Shown one piece after another: positions 21,174 through 32,493 of a stretch of 32,493 bases of DNA. The translations under genes and the position numbers were made by a program. The DNA comes from Chiloscyllium plagiosum (Eukaryota): assembly GCF_004010195.1 (NCBI RefSeq), contig NC_057719.1:73597447-73629939 (forward strand). Direction: 5' to 3'. The notes below the pieces were generated by a model that made no database searches, was not told where the DNA came from, and was given only the letters and a program-made list of their open reading frames with translations. How positions within the stretch are numbered: position 1 is the first letter of the stretch; each line of letters opens with the position of its first letter.

Positions 21174-22854
21174 CGATATCAGATTACCTTGTGGAGATAA
21201 TTTTAGTACTTATATCAAGCAGATGCATTGCTATTGAAAGACTTAAAAAGTGCAGTCACCAAATAACAGTTCCTGATGCCTCATTTTTATGTAACATTCA
21301 TTTAGAATTTTGTTCTGCAAGAATTATTTCTGAGACCAAGCATATAAAGTATTCCAAAAGGATTTAAAAACAATGTTATGATGAAATACCTAACTATCTA
21401 GCTCGGAATTTCTGAAGTTGTTGGCATGATAATGATATCACGAGTGGGAGTTGTGTGGGAAGGAAACATGAGAAGTAGGGGCCGGTTAAAACTGAATCAG
21501 GTTTCCTCTTTCCCTTGAGGTTTGCCAAATTCCAATCCTGAAGAGACTTCCAACATCAAAATGGTCATTCTTTGCATACTGTGCAATTTCAAATGCAAAT
21601 TTCTTTCAGTTTATTTTTGCACGAAAAGCTGATTACTGCTACATTTCTGTCAGCAGATAAATAGAGTGTGATTCTTTGTGTGGTCAGAAACAATCAATGA
21701 CCTAATCGTAGGATGCATGGTTAATTTTAACGTGCACCACTTATACTGTCCATATTAATCTAAAAACATATTCCATGTACTTGGACAAACTCATCGGGTT
21801 TCCTGATATCCTGATTTTACATGTAGCCTTGGACGATCTTACAACCAGAAGGCAAGCAGGAGCAGATAAGAGTTGTTATCTGACTGTTGAATTAAAACCT
21901 GCTGCTGTTTCTGTTAACTATTTTTATTTGCATTTATGATAATAACAAGAATTGTGTAAGACTATATGATTCATTTCACACGAGGCAGATTATTATTCAA
22001 CGTGCAATTGTAAATGTACACATTTGTCCCATTATCATGCTGTTTTGTTGCCTGTGAGCCGCAGTAATGAAAGAAGGGACATATTATTGATCTCCACAAT
22101 TATAAGCTATGCTCTTATCAGTGTTGAGGAAGTGAGAACTGGGAAGTGAAACATGTCTACACATTGGAGGTGCTAAACTGGAACTTATTAAACTGGGATA
22201 GAGGGAATTGGAGGTTTGTCTGGTGGGAGGATCAGAAGTTGGTCAGGAAGAGAATGTCAATGCTGCAATTCACATTGTCATTTAAAGAATTTGGTCAAAT
22301 TTAAATTAAAAATTGAAAGGTTAGGCATCTTGGGCAAGCTCAGCACAATACAAGTGTTTGAATTCCCTGTCACGTTTGGAAAGGAGGACCAGTCAGAGCC
22401 GTTTCTGGCACACGGTAATTGGCCCCTACCAGCCCCAATTGGCCTGACGGCTCCTTGAGACTACTGACTGCCTCAGGAGATGGGGGAGTGGCTGTCTGTG
22501 ACATCAAGGCAAGGTTAGGCTGAGAATGGGATCAAGGAGTCAAAATGGGGATTAATGGAAAAAAAACCCATTCAGAGCCTGGAGTAATTTGGGCATTCAG
22601 AAAGGTGTTGGTTGTTGTTGCAGTTACAGGTCATTTGTTCCTTGGGCACATCTTTTGACAGTTGGATGAATACAACAATCCAATGGTGAAGTGGATCACT
22701 TACCTTCAACTGAAGTTAGATATTTTAGGTCCAGATTGTTTTAAGACTGAATTCAAATTTTCAAACTGGGACTTGACCTCAAATTCTCTGAATTTCAAAA
22801 CCTGAGCAGAAGCTGGTTACTTTGACAACTGGTGCACTTTACCTGGGCTAGCAT

Positions 22855-22941
22855 AGGGGCGTTTGCCCGAAACGTCAATTTTCCTACTCTCGGATGCTGC
22901 CTGAACTGATGTGCTTTTCCAGCACCACTCTAATCCAGAAT
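22855..22941 (+). mobile_element. Penelope-like terminal fragment, half of a hammerhead
   Basis: GGGC-gttt-GCCC-GAAACGTC followed by ggatgctgcctga...gtgcttttccagcaccac, like 18270-18339. The CTGANGA box is missing. Confidence 0.6.
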
Positions 22942-22944
22942 TTT

Positions 22945-23035
22945 GCATATAAATACTGTGACTGCAAGAGCAGGTCAGAGACATAGACATCTGCAGTGAA
23001 TAATTTGCCTCCTGACTCCCCAAAGCCTGTTCATA
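22945..23035 (+). mobile_element. Short CR1/L2-group LINE fragment
   Basis: ataaatactgtgactgcaagagcagg...gcctcctgactccccaaagcctg is similar to 15685-15770 and 26820-26855. Confidence 0.6.
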
Positions 23036-23071
23036 GCTACAGTTCTTTGTTCAGCAACACTCCCCAGGACC

Positions 23072-23612
23072 TTGCTGAACAAAGAGACCTTGGAGTGCAG
23101 GTTCATAGCTCCTTGAAAGTGGAGTTGCAGGTAGATAGGCTAGTGAAGAAGGTGTTTGGTATGCTTTCCTTTATTAGTCAGAGTATTGAGTACAGGAGTT
23201 GGGATGTCATGTTGCGGCTGTACAGGACATTAGTTAGGCCACTGTTGGAATATTGCGTGCAATTCTGGTTTCCTTCCTATCGGAAAGATATTATGAAACT
23301 TGAAAGGGTTCAGAAAAGATTTACAAGGATGTTGCCAGGGTTGGAGGATTTGAGCTATAGGGAGAGGCTGAACAGGCTGGGGCTGTTTTCCCTGCAACGT
23401 CGGAGGCTGAGGGGTGACCTTATAGAGGTTTACAAAATTATGAGGGGCATGGATAGGGTAAATAGGCAAAGTCTTTTCCCTGGGGTCAGAGTCCAGAACT
23501 AGAGGGCATAGGTTTAGGGTGAGAGGGGAAAGATATAAAAGAGACCTATGGGGCAACTTTTTCACACAGAGGGTGGTACATGTATGGAATGAGCTGCCAG
23601 AGGAAATGATGA
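23072..23612 (+). mobile_element. HER1/CR1 LINE ORF2 C-terminal fragment
   Basis: 'RDLGVQVH...LYRTLVRPLLEYCVQFW.P..RKDI.KLERVQKRFTRMLPGL...YRERL..LGLFSL.RRRLRGDLIEVYKIM'. Confidence 0.95.
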
Positions 23613-23619
23613 AGGTTTG

Positions 23620-24115
23620 TACAATATCGTTCCTATGGGAGGGAGACCAGAATTGCACGCAATATTCCAAAAGTGGCCTAATCAATGCCCTGTACAGATG
23701 CAACATGACCTCCCAACTCCTATACTCAATACTCTGGCCAATAAAGGAAAGCACACCAAACGCCTTCTTCACTATCCAATCTACCTGCAACTCCACTTTA
23801 AAGGAGCTATGAACCTGCACTCCAAGGACTCTTTGTCCAGCAACACTCCCCAGGACCTTACCATTAATTGTATAAATCCTGTCCTGATTTGCCTTTCCAA
23901 AATGCAGCACCTCACATTCATCTAAATTAAACTCCACCTGCCACTCCCCATCCATTGTCCCATCTGATCATGATCCTGTTGTAATCTGAGGTAACCTTCT
24001 TCGCTATCCACTACACCTCCACTTTTGATGTCACCTGTCAACTTATTAACTGTACCTTCAATGTTCACATCCATCTCATTTATATAAATGATGGAAAGCT
24101 GTGGACTCAGCACCC
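23620..24115 (-). mobile_element. HER1/CR1 LINE fragment (RT end), opposite orientation
   Basis: 'WQVEFNLDECEVLHFG...LGVQVHSS...LYRALIRPLLEYCVQFWSP' plus upstream 'IYINEMD...GGVVDSEEGYLRLQQD'. Confidence 0.92.
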
Positions 24116-25784
24116 TAAAAACCCTCATGAGCCTTGAACTTCTCTGGAAGTAATTCTGCAGGGTGGAAAGAAAAGCCATGAATGCATTAACTATTTTCAT
24201 CTTGGTGGGAGTTAAACAAGGCAAGGTGGAGCACAGGCAGTGGAGAGAGGTTAGAATGTGAAATGTGGCGTGAGAGAACAGAGCAAGATAATTTGCTGTT
24301 TCACATCGTAACATTATACTACTGAGGCAGTTCTTGTGTGTGATTGATCATATTATACAAACCTAGAGCATATTCTGTTTCAGTCCTCTTAAATTCTACA
24401 GAAGTATTCCAAGTATACCCACCAATCAGGACTGTTGGTGGAAATGTTTGAATTACCTACTCGTAGATACATTGACATTGTATTTTCATTTGCCAGTCAG
24501 GGATTTACAGAATATGATTGTTCAATGGAGGAGGTGATGTTTGATTTGTTTCCTTTTATTTCAGAATTATCCAAAGTTATATTAATACAGTACAAGATAG
24601 TAATTTCATTTGTACTGAGGAAAACAAAATCTAATTCTAATAATAGTTGTTTAGCAAATACAAGTATGCATAGATCTCAATAAGAGTTCATTGCTGTCAC
24701 CACTGGTGTAAATAATCAAATCTATATAAATTTAGATCTGATATCCAGTATGATGAATTGTCATTGAATCTTTTTCAGTTGCACTAAATTTCTGATTCAA
24801 GTGCTTTACAAGACCTCAAGTGTACCCAGTTGGTATTCATTAGAGTAATACATTTCTCAGTGTGCAATATAACTAGTAGCAAAGAAAACCTCTGAAAATT
24901 AAAATGGAGTTGAGGTGCGAAATTTGCCATCTCAGGTAAAAGTTTCCAACAATTTGCATTTCAGCAGATTCTTCTTTTCATATGTGCAATATATCTCAAA
25001 TTATCCTGTGATATTATTGCATTTAGAGAAAGGAAATAACCTGAAACTGGCTTCAGGATCTAAAATCATGAACAGTATCAGGAAGGGCTGCAAAAGATAC
25101 TTTGTGTTTGAAGCTTTTGTGTTTTGTTGTTCATGTCTCATTTCTTATTAAAGCCCCATACTCAACTCCACTTTTTTTTCTATCTCATTCTCCAACAAAG
25201 CTGCCATTTTTACTATTCCTGACTTTTATTGTTAAATGGAATATTAAAATGATCTAAGTAAGAAAGCTGCAAAACTGACAAAATTCAATTATTCATGAGC
25301 CCCCGGGCCAGCTATTTCCACAAACCTAATATGGTATCAAAAATTGCCTGTTATCAAAATGACTTCTGGGCACTTTACTTTTTGAGGATTTTGGTTAAAT
25401 TTCAGATTATATTTGTGTTCTTTTACTGTTGAAGAAAACGTGGTCAGATAAAAGTATTTGTTTCTGATTCCTTAATTTAAAAAAAAAGCCTAGAAAGTTA
25501 AAGAATTCCAGAATGAAAGAACTGTGACATCTTATTGCTACAGGTGACACCAGTTTTACAACTATATTGGCTGAAGGACATTTCAAAAGGGTAGGTTATG
25601 ATGAACCAACCCACATCTAAACTATTAATACTATGCTATATTTATAATATGAAAGTATTACATGTGAAGAATGTTTAATAATGGTAAGGAAAGAACACCT
25701 GCCCTTGACTTCAAAACTACAGAATTGCCATCAAGGAGTAGAACAAAAGTAGAGTGAATTGTTGGAATCTTATTTGTTGGATGA

Positions 25785-27330
25785 ATGGTTGCAGTTGTTG
25801 GAGGTCAATCATCTCAGCTGCAGGACGTCCCTATAGGTGTTTGAATCATGGAGTCATACAGCATGGAAACAGATGCTTCAGTCCAACCTGTCCACGCCGA
25901 CCAAGTTTCAGAACTTAAATAGTCCCACTTGCCTGCGTTTAGCTCATATCCCTTTCCTGTTTATGTACCTATCCAAATGTCTTTAAGTGTTGTAACTGTA
26001 TCCTTTCCTTTGGCAGTTCATTCACATACAAACTAGCCTCTGTGTGAAAAAGTTGCCCCTCAGGTGCCTTTTAAATCTTTCTACTCTCATGGTAAAAATA
26101 TGCCACCTAGTTTTGAATTCCCCACTCTAGGGAAAAGACCTTTGCTATTCATCTTATCTAGGCCCTCACGATTTTATAAACCTCTATAAGGTCGCCCCTC
26201 AACCTCTTAGCTCCAGGGTAAGAAGTCCCACGCTGTCCAACTTCTCCTTGTAATTTAAATTCTCCAGTCCCAGCAATGTGCTGGTAAAAGTTTCCTGAAC
26301 CCTCTCTAGTTTAATGATATCCTTCCTATAGCAGGGCGACCAGAACTGTACACAGTACTCCAAAGGTAGCCTCACTGAAGTCCTCTGTGACCTCAACATG
26401 ACATCTCAACTCCTATGCTCAGTGGCCTCCTCAGGGGAATGATCTAGGTCCAACCATCTTCAGCTGCTTCATCAGTGACTCTTCCCTCCATTATATGGTT
26501 AGAAGTGGGGGCGTTCGCTGATGATAGCATGATGTTCAGCACCATTCACAATTCCTCATATATTGAAGCAGTCCAGCTTTATATCCAGCAAGAACATCTA
26601 GTCTTAGGCTGAGAAGTGACAAGTAACATTCACACCTTATAACTGCCAGCCAATCATGATTTGCAGCAAGAACTAACACCCCTTGAGGTTCAGTGGCATT
26701 ACCATCACTCAATCCCCCACTGACAACATTGTATGGCTTCCCATTGACCAGAAACAAGATGGGACCAGCCAAAAAAAACTGTAGTTTCAAGAACAGTTTA
26801 TAGATTGAGAATTCCATGTTGAATAACTTGCCTCCTGACTCCCCCAAGTCTGTCCACTACTTATAAGGCCCAAGTCTGGTGTGTGATAAAATATGCCCCA
26901 CTTGCTTGGATGAGTGCAACTCCATCCAGGTCAAAGGAGCCTACATCCGCCTTCATAAACACGCAGCCTCTCCACTACTGATACACAGTGTGTACCATCC
27001 ACAAAATGCACAGCATCAACTCACTCAACCTTCATTGATTGATCCTTCCAAACCATAATTTCTATCACCTATAAGGTCAAGGGCTGCAAATGCATGAATA
27101 TCATTGCCTGCAAGCTGTCGTTCAAGCCACACGCTATCCTGACTTGGAACTATATTTCTGCTCCTTCACTATTGCTGTATCAAAATCCTAGAATACTTTT
27201 CCTAACTGCACTATACCTGTGCCACATGGACGGCAGCAGATCAAGAAGGCAGCTTATCACCACTTTCAAAATTAGGACTGGGCATTAAGTGTTGACTGAG
27301 CCTGACATGTCTACATTTTAATTAAAAATA
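25785..27330 (+). mobile_element. CR1/L2-group LINE (RT to 3' tail), split by a CR1 insertion
   Basis: ggaggtcaatcatctcagc... resumes at cctcagggg...ccaaccatcttcagctgcttcatca with FADD (ttcgctgatgat). Colinear with 15280-16262. Confidence 0.8.
25843..26423 (-). mobile_element. HER1/CR1 LINE 3' portion
   Basis: Minus-strand 'LEYCVQFWSPCYRKDIIKLERVQ' and the reversed tail gaatcatggagtcatacagcatggaaacag. Confidence 0.9.
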
Positions 27331-28692
27331 AACACTTTTGGGAAGTTATATCTGCAAATAAATATCTGAGCTTGCTTTTCACTTCATAATGGTTCCTTTG
27401 TAGAAATTCATGGACGTCAGGAGCTTGGGGAGAGGAGAATACATGAGAAAGCAGTGAGGGTGCGGGGGGAGAGCAGGAGGCTGAGGGAATCCTCAGAAAC
27501 AGAGGTATAGGAGTATAGGAGGAGGACAATATGTCACAGGTCATTGCTTTCTCTGTTTGCTATTGACCACAGGGCAGTTGTCCAGCTCAACCATCTCCAA
27601 AATCTACCCTAAGGCGTGGACCTCAGTTTAATATAGAGTTCGCATTTCCAACTTTAGGTATGTGCAACATTTGTACATTTGCCGATAAGTATTGACTTCT
27701 GTGGGCTTTTCATTTTTCTGTCTTGATTTATAACCTGACAAACAATGATTGATGGAAAGCTGCAAGGTCAGCAAGATGTTTGAAGTTCTTTCTCAGATAT
27801 TTTATGTGTTAGCAGTAACTCCATTGCCCAGGAATCTAGTAAATACTTGCAATGGTAAGGGGCACTGCGAACGAATTATTCAGCTCTCTCACTATGCAGT
27901 GCATTCCAGAGAAACATTTAAATCCCAGACTCAGGGGGAAGAAAATGTCAATGTGTTATTGACATTCTTTCATTTGGAAAAAGACAGTGTTACTGTTGCC
28001 ACAGCACACTTCACATCACCAGAAGAATTGCTGACATGCACCACTACCCATGGAATGTCTGGACTTATTTGCTTCACTATTATTATCTTCATTTGGTTTT
28101 TTTTTGTTTTACATATTTTATGGCTTCACTCTTCTTTTTTTCCTACGACTATACTTCCCTTTGTGATGCAAGTTTTAGCTCAACTGGATTGGGGATTAAG
28201 CTCAATCCTTCAGGTACCAAAGTGAACTTTAGCAGAGTGGTTGTAATTATTTGAGTTTCTGAAAGTAGGAATCACAATGTGTACTCATTGTGGGGACTTG
28301 CAATGGGAGTTTCTGTTGTCATGTTTTCAGGTGCCAGTGATGCCAGCATGTTGTATCCTCTGGATACCAACTGCTGCTGGCTTGTGGTAGGGTAATTTAC
28401 TGCCATCAGTCCACCTTTATATGCTGAATCTATTGGCCTGTCTATAATCAGTGGTAGAGGAGAGACCACCAGAGAGTGTCAACAAAGAGGGGCACTGATC
28501 TTGCATGGCACGGTATTGCTTATTCTATGATAGCAGTAGGTAAAAGTAAAATTATTTAATCAGGCAAGTTACAACTCACAGGAGCGGGTATGTCTTGTCG
28601 GTCTCCATCAAGAACTTGTGCAAGACTGTTTCTCCACCCAAAGTCTGTGTGGCGCTCAATACAGCTAAGTGTTAATTCCCTCAGACTCATTA

Positions 28693-28910
28693 TAAGGGTA
28701 AAGTAACCATAGTCTTACCAGATAGTAGGGCTGCTCTCTCAGAGAGAGAGACAATTGATGGAGGTTTAACCTGAGAGTCACCATGCCTCAGGCAAGGGGA
28801 GAGGTTGAGGAGCGTTCTTCATGATGACCTCAGTCAATGCAGGACCGCAACCCACGCTGTTGGCCTCACTGAGCATCACAAACCAGCTGTCCAGCCAAGT
28901 GAACTAACCT
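28693..28910 (-). mobile_element. tRNA-derived SINE (non-HE1), decayed
   Basis: Minus strand starts GGTTAGTTCACTTGGCTGGACAGCTGGTTTGTGATGC...GTGGGTT (tRNA-like A/B box remnants) and ends in a TTTACC-type tail. Confidence 0.6.
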
Positions 28911-29039
28911 TTACCTAATGCTACAGCTATCATTTTCTCTTCTCTTTTGCAAAGCCCAATCTCTTTCTCTCATACATGCACACAAAAATATGCATTTGAG
29001 AGTTTTTTTTTTAAAAAAGAAACATTTAATATTACTGTC

Positions 29040-29312
29040 AAAGGATACAAGATAATCCAAGTATGACTGAGATGAGGAGAAATATCTTCACTCAAAGAAT
29101 GGAAAGCTAGTGGAATTTGCTACTACAGAAAACAGCCAAAGTCAAAACACCTGTATGATTTCAAGAAAGAGTTGGGCATAATATTTGGGGCTAAAGAGGT
29201 CAAAGGATATGATGAAAAGCAGGAACAGGCTATTGAGTTGGATGATCAGTCATGATCATAATGAATCGCGGAGCAGGCTCGAAGGGCCAAATGGCCTACT
29301 CTTGCCCTTTTT
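29040..29312 (+). mobile_element. CR1-type LINE 3' end
   Basis: gatgaggagaaatatcttcactcaaaga...tggaat (RRN.FTQR..WN) and the 3' stem gctcgaagggccaaatggcctactc. Confidence 0.75.
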
Positions 29313-29414
29313 TATTTTAATGTTTAATTTGGTAGAGCTTTTAAAGTTCATTCTTTCACTTGCATGAGTTTCCAGGAGTCATAAATAATAGCTGGCTAAA
29401 TGTTCTCTGATTGC

Positions 29415-30133
29415 CACAATGCTCACTGACCTACATTGGCTCCCACTCAAGCAGAATCTTTATTTTAAAGTTTTCATCCTTGTTTTTGAGTTCCTCCATA
29501 CCCTTTCCCCTCCCTATCTTCATAATTTCCTTCAACCACACAACCCTCAAGACATCTAGCCTCCTGTAATTCTGGTGTTGTGTGCATTGTAAGTTATAAT
29601 TGCTCTAGAGAGCATAGAACAGTACAGCACAGAACAGGCCCTTCAGCCCATGATGTTGTGCCGACCACTGATCCTCATGTATGCACCCTCAAATTTTTTC
29701 TCCAATGAAAAAAGTCCGAGCTCAGTCAACCTCTCTTCAGTCAACCTCCAGTCCAGGCAGCATCCTGGTAAACCTCCTCTGAACCTGCCCCAAAGCATCC
29801 ACATCTTTCCTATAATAGGGCGACCAGAACTGGACTCAGTATTCCAAGTGCGGTCTAACCAAAGTTTTATAGAGCTGCAACAAGATCTCACGACTCTTAA
29901 ACTCAACCCTCCTTAGATTGTTTCGCTCTTAAATTCCAAAGCTCTTAAATTCTCTCCTCACACTCCCCCTGCATCCCCCATCACTTTCTTCCTTTTAGAC
30001 ACTAAATGACACCAATCCTTTAATCAGCTGCCTTTTCTCCTATATGGCTAGGCAACAAGCTTTGTTTTATAATGCTCCAGTGAAGTGCCTTATGTTTCAT
30101 TGCTTTGTATTAATATAAATAGTTGTTGTTATT
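29415..30133 (+). mobile_element. L2-type LINE 3' end, interrupted by CR1
   Basis: ctacattggctccc (LHWLP) ... tttaaagtt (FK) ... ccctatct (PY), and the L2 tail gtgaagtgcctt...tataaatagttgttgtt. Confidence 0.7.
29588..29910 (-). mobile_element. CR1 LINE 3' fragment with internal deletion
   Basis: Reversed tail catagaacagtacagcacagaacaggccc and minus-strand 'EERLTELGLFSLEK'. The ORF2 end is missing between them. Confidence 0.85.
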
Positions 30134-30962
30134 GATATTTAACAATGGCAAAATTTTAAGAGTTGTGTCGTCTTCCTCCTCCCTTGGTTCAGATCAGGTT
30201 GATGTGATAGACTGGGTTAGCACTTAATAGCCATGCATTATCAGAAATAAGTAAGTAACAAAGTACCGCCAGATTGTCATTTAGCCTGTGAGGATAAAGG
30301 TTCTGTGAGAAGAGAAAGGAAAAGTAATTAACCACACACTCTGCACAATACTTCTACTGTGCTTCTGACTCACCTATGAGCCACTTCACAAATGGTGACC
30401 TCTTCCATTGTGAATGGTATTTCAACTGCTGGTATCCCTCTTCCTATCTCTGCCTGCTCCCTTTTATTTGGTATTAGCTTATCCTACAGAAGGAAGGGGA
30501 GTGTATTAGTGTCTATTCCACTAAAGAATGAAAATGAATAGAATGATAAAGGTTTGTGTGGTTGTAGGTGCATGAAGGTTCCAAAAAACATGGGGAAGTG
30601 AGGGAAGTAGTGGGTAGTAGTAATTATGCAAGTAACAGCACAGGATGTTGCAATGACTTGTGCTGTGATTGATAAACAGTGACAGTAATCTAGTAGTCAG
30701 TCCTGGAAGATGGTAAGGCAGACAGAAACAGCAGTCATACCTTAACTGCTCTGGTCAGAACATTGAATTTTTTAAAATTTTGCAAGTGGTGTATATTCAC
30801 CATTTTCAGCCACCTCTAACCACTATGAACATGCAATTTGCCTTGACACCCTTCATCTGTCAGCTAGACACAGACCTCCTGCTGGCCTGCTTGACAACAA
30901 TGGTGTTTAAGAGTCAAGAAACATTTACAAAGCTCATCCTGAATCTTCTCCATTCCAACTGT

Positions 30963-31291
30963 TAGAATCATAGAATCCCAACAATGTGGAAACAGACCAT
31001 TTGGTCCACACCAAGCCTCCGAAGAGTAACCTATCCAGACCCATTCCCCTAACCTATTGCTCTTCATTTCCCCTGATAAATGCACATAACCTACACATCC
31101 CTGAACACTGTGGGCAATTTAGCGTAGCCAATTTACATAACCTGCACATCTTTGGATTGTGGGAGGAAAACTGAGCACCCACGCTGACACGGGGAAAACG
31201 TGCAAATTCCACACAGACAGTCGTCCGAGGCTGGAATCAAACCCTGACATTGTGAGGCAGCGGTGCTAACCACTGAGCCACTGTCCCACCC
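30963..31291 (-). mobile_element. Full-length HE1-type V-SINE
   Basis: Reverse complement of head (gtgaggcagcggtgctaaccactgagccac), V-domain (tgtgggaggaaaactgagcaccc) and tail (tagaatcatagaatccc). Confidence 0.92.
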
Positions 31292-32277
31292 ATGTTAATT
31301 ATACCTCACAAACAAATATATCTTCACTTTGAATGTTAATATGCTTGAAATCCTGAGAGATACCACACCCCATCTCCAAACATGGGATTGTTACCATAAT
31401 CTGTTCAACTTGTGCTGACAGAGTGCCAATCATACAAAACCTTAATTTGATTGTTGTGACATTCCATTTCAAATTTGGATATAAGTTAAATTTATTCCAT
31501 ATGATTTTCTTTTGGAAGATGTCACAACATACTGGAGGTTTCTGTTTGTTGTATGATGTCCAGATTGCCCTTATGCATTGCTTCCTTATACTGTCTTCTA
31601 TTTGATGTGTGAAGATTCAAAATCTTCAACATTTGTCCTTAATCTGTGTTATTCAAGTAGTATTTTCATCAGTCATTCAATACAATTGGTTTTATCAAGA
31701 TGTAATATGACAACTGTAGGACCAACACATGAACTAATTCAACCCTGGAGTAAAGTAAATCACAAATTTACCCTTTCAACCATTCATAAGGGGTACAAAG
31801 TAATGGCTGTTTTGACAATGGATTACATAACACATCTCTTATTTTCTTGTTACTTGATCCTGACTTAGTGTAAGTGAACATGACACAATAGCTGTAATGA
31901 TTGCAGAAGATTGAAATTTGAACAAAGAAATATGGGACACTGACAAATATTTTTCATTGGTTCTTGACTTGGAAAAAGTTAAAACCAAGCAGCAGAAGGA
32001 ATGAAACAATGGATTACTTGCTGTGTGAGGATGATATTTGAGAATTATAATACCCTTACTTCAAATAACTTCATAAATTGACAGTGACTATTAATAAAAG
32101 ATTTCAAGCCATTTTTAATCTAAAATCTTTGACGTTTAACTGTAGTGATTATCATTTTGAGATGGAGTTTACTTTGTGCAATTGTTTTGCTACTTTATGT
32201 TCCACAAAACCCTATTTTCCTCTCAAACAATCTAAATAAATTAGTATTAGTCAAAGATAGTCAACGCAAATTTAATA

Positions 32278-32493
32278 TCATAAGACAATAGGTGCAGGAG
32301 TAGGCCATTCTGCCCTTCGAGCCTGCACCACCATTCAATATGATTATGGCTGATCATCCTTAATCAGTATCCTGTTCCTGCCTTATCTCCATAACCCTTG
32401 ATTCCACTATCCTTGAGAGCTCTATCCAACTATTTCTTAAATGAATCCAGAGACTGGGCCTCCACTGCCCTCTGGGGAAGAGCATTCCACACA
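32278..32493 (-). mobile_element. Young CR1 LINE 3' end running off the window
   Basis: Reversed 3' UTR aggagtaggccattctgcccttcgagcctgc and ORF2 end (..WNALPQRAVEAQSL.SFK). Confidence 0.85.

Noticed and set aside
23230..23955. Longest ORF (241 aa) as a gene
   Set aside because: It is a chance read-through from a minus-strand CR1 fragment into the antisense of the neighbouring CR1 copy.
24380..24690. Plus-strand exons near several pyrimidine-AG sites
   Set aside because: Donors are weak, no consistent phase chain emerges, and the peptides are unrecognisable.
27749..28225. 158-aa plus-strand ORF with a hydrophobic tail
   Set aside because: TTG start, no convincing splice signals, and the hydrophobicity comes from T-runs. 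The minus strand has faint LINE-endonuclease-like traces (PLTIASIY), suggesting a decayed TE.

Overview
Eukaryotic, AT-rich, repeat-dense DNA from a cartilaginous fish. HE1-type V-SINEs and HER1/CR1 LINEs point to a shark; a carpet/bamboo shark is my guess. Most ORFs in the supplied track are fragments of decayed transposable elements: CR1/HER1, a second CR1/L2-group LINE, L1, Tx1, L2, Penelope-like termini, a Harbinger-like relic, a Tc1/mariner MITE and possible LTRs. Two things stand out. (1) A phase-consistent three-exon protein-coding gene on the minus strand (21121 or 21061..21027, 11429..11139, 10158..9954; 196 or 176 aa) that I cannot assign to a known family. RFX/MYB/ETS-like motifs lie at its start and an AATAAA follows its stop. 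(2) Two intact-looking minimal hammerhead ribozymes (2981-3018 minus, 18420-18459 plus) inside two different Penelope-like terminal repeats, plus decayed copies. There are also unusual insertion structures: a SINE head flanked by a 58-bp duplication, and a tail-to-tail CR1 pair with a fold-back 5' end. Repeat family names come from motif recognition only, with no database search, and repeat boundaries are approximate.
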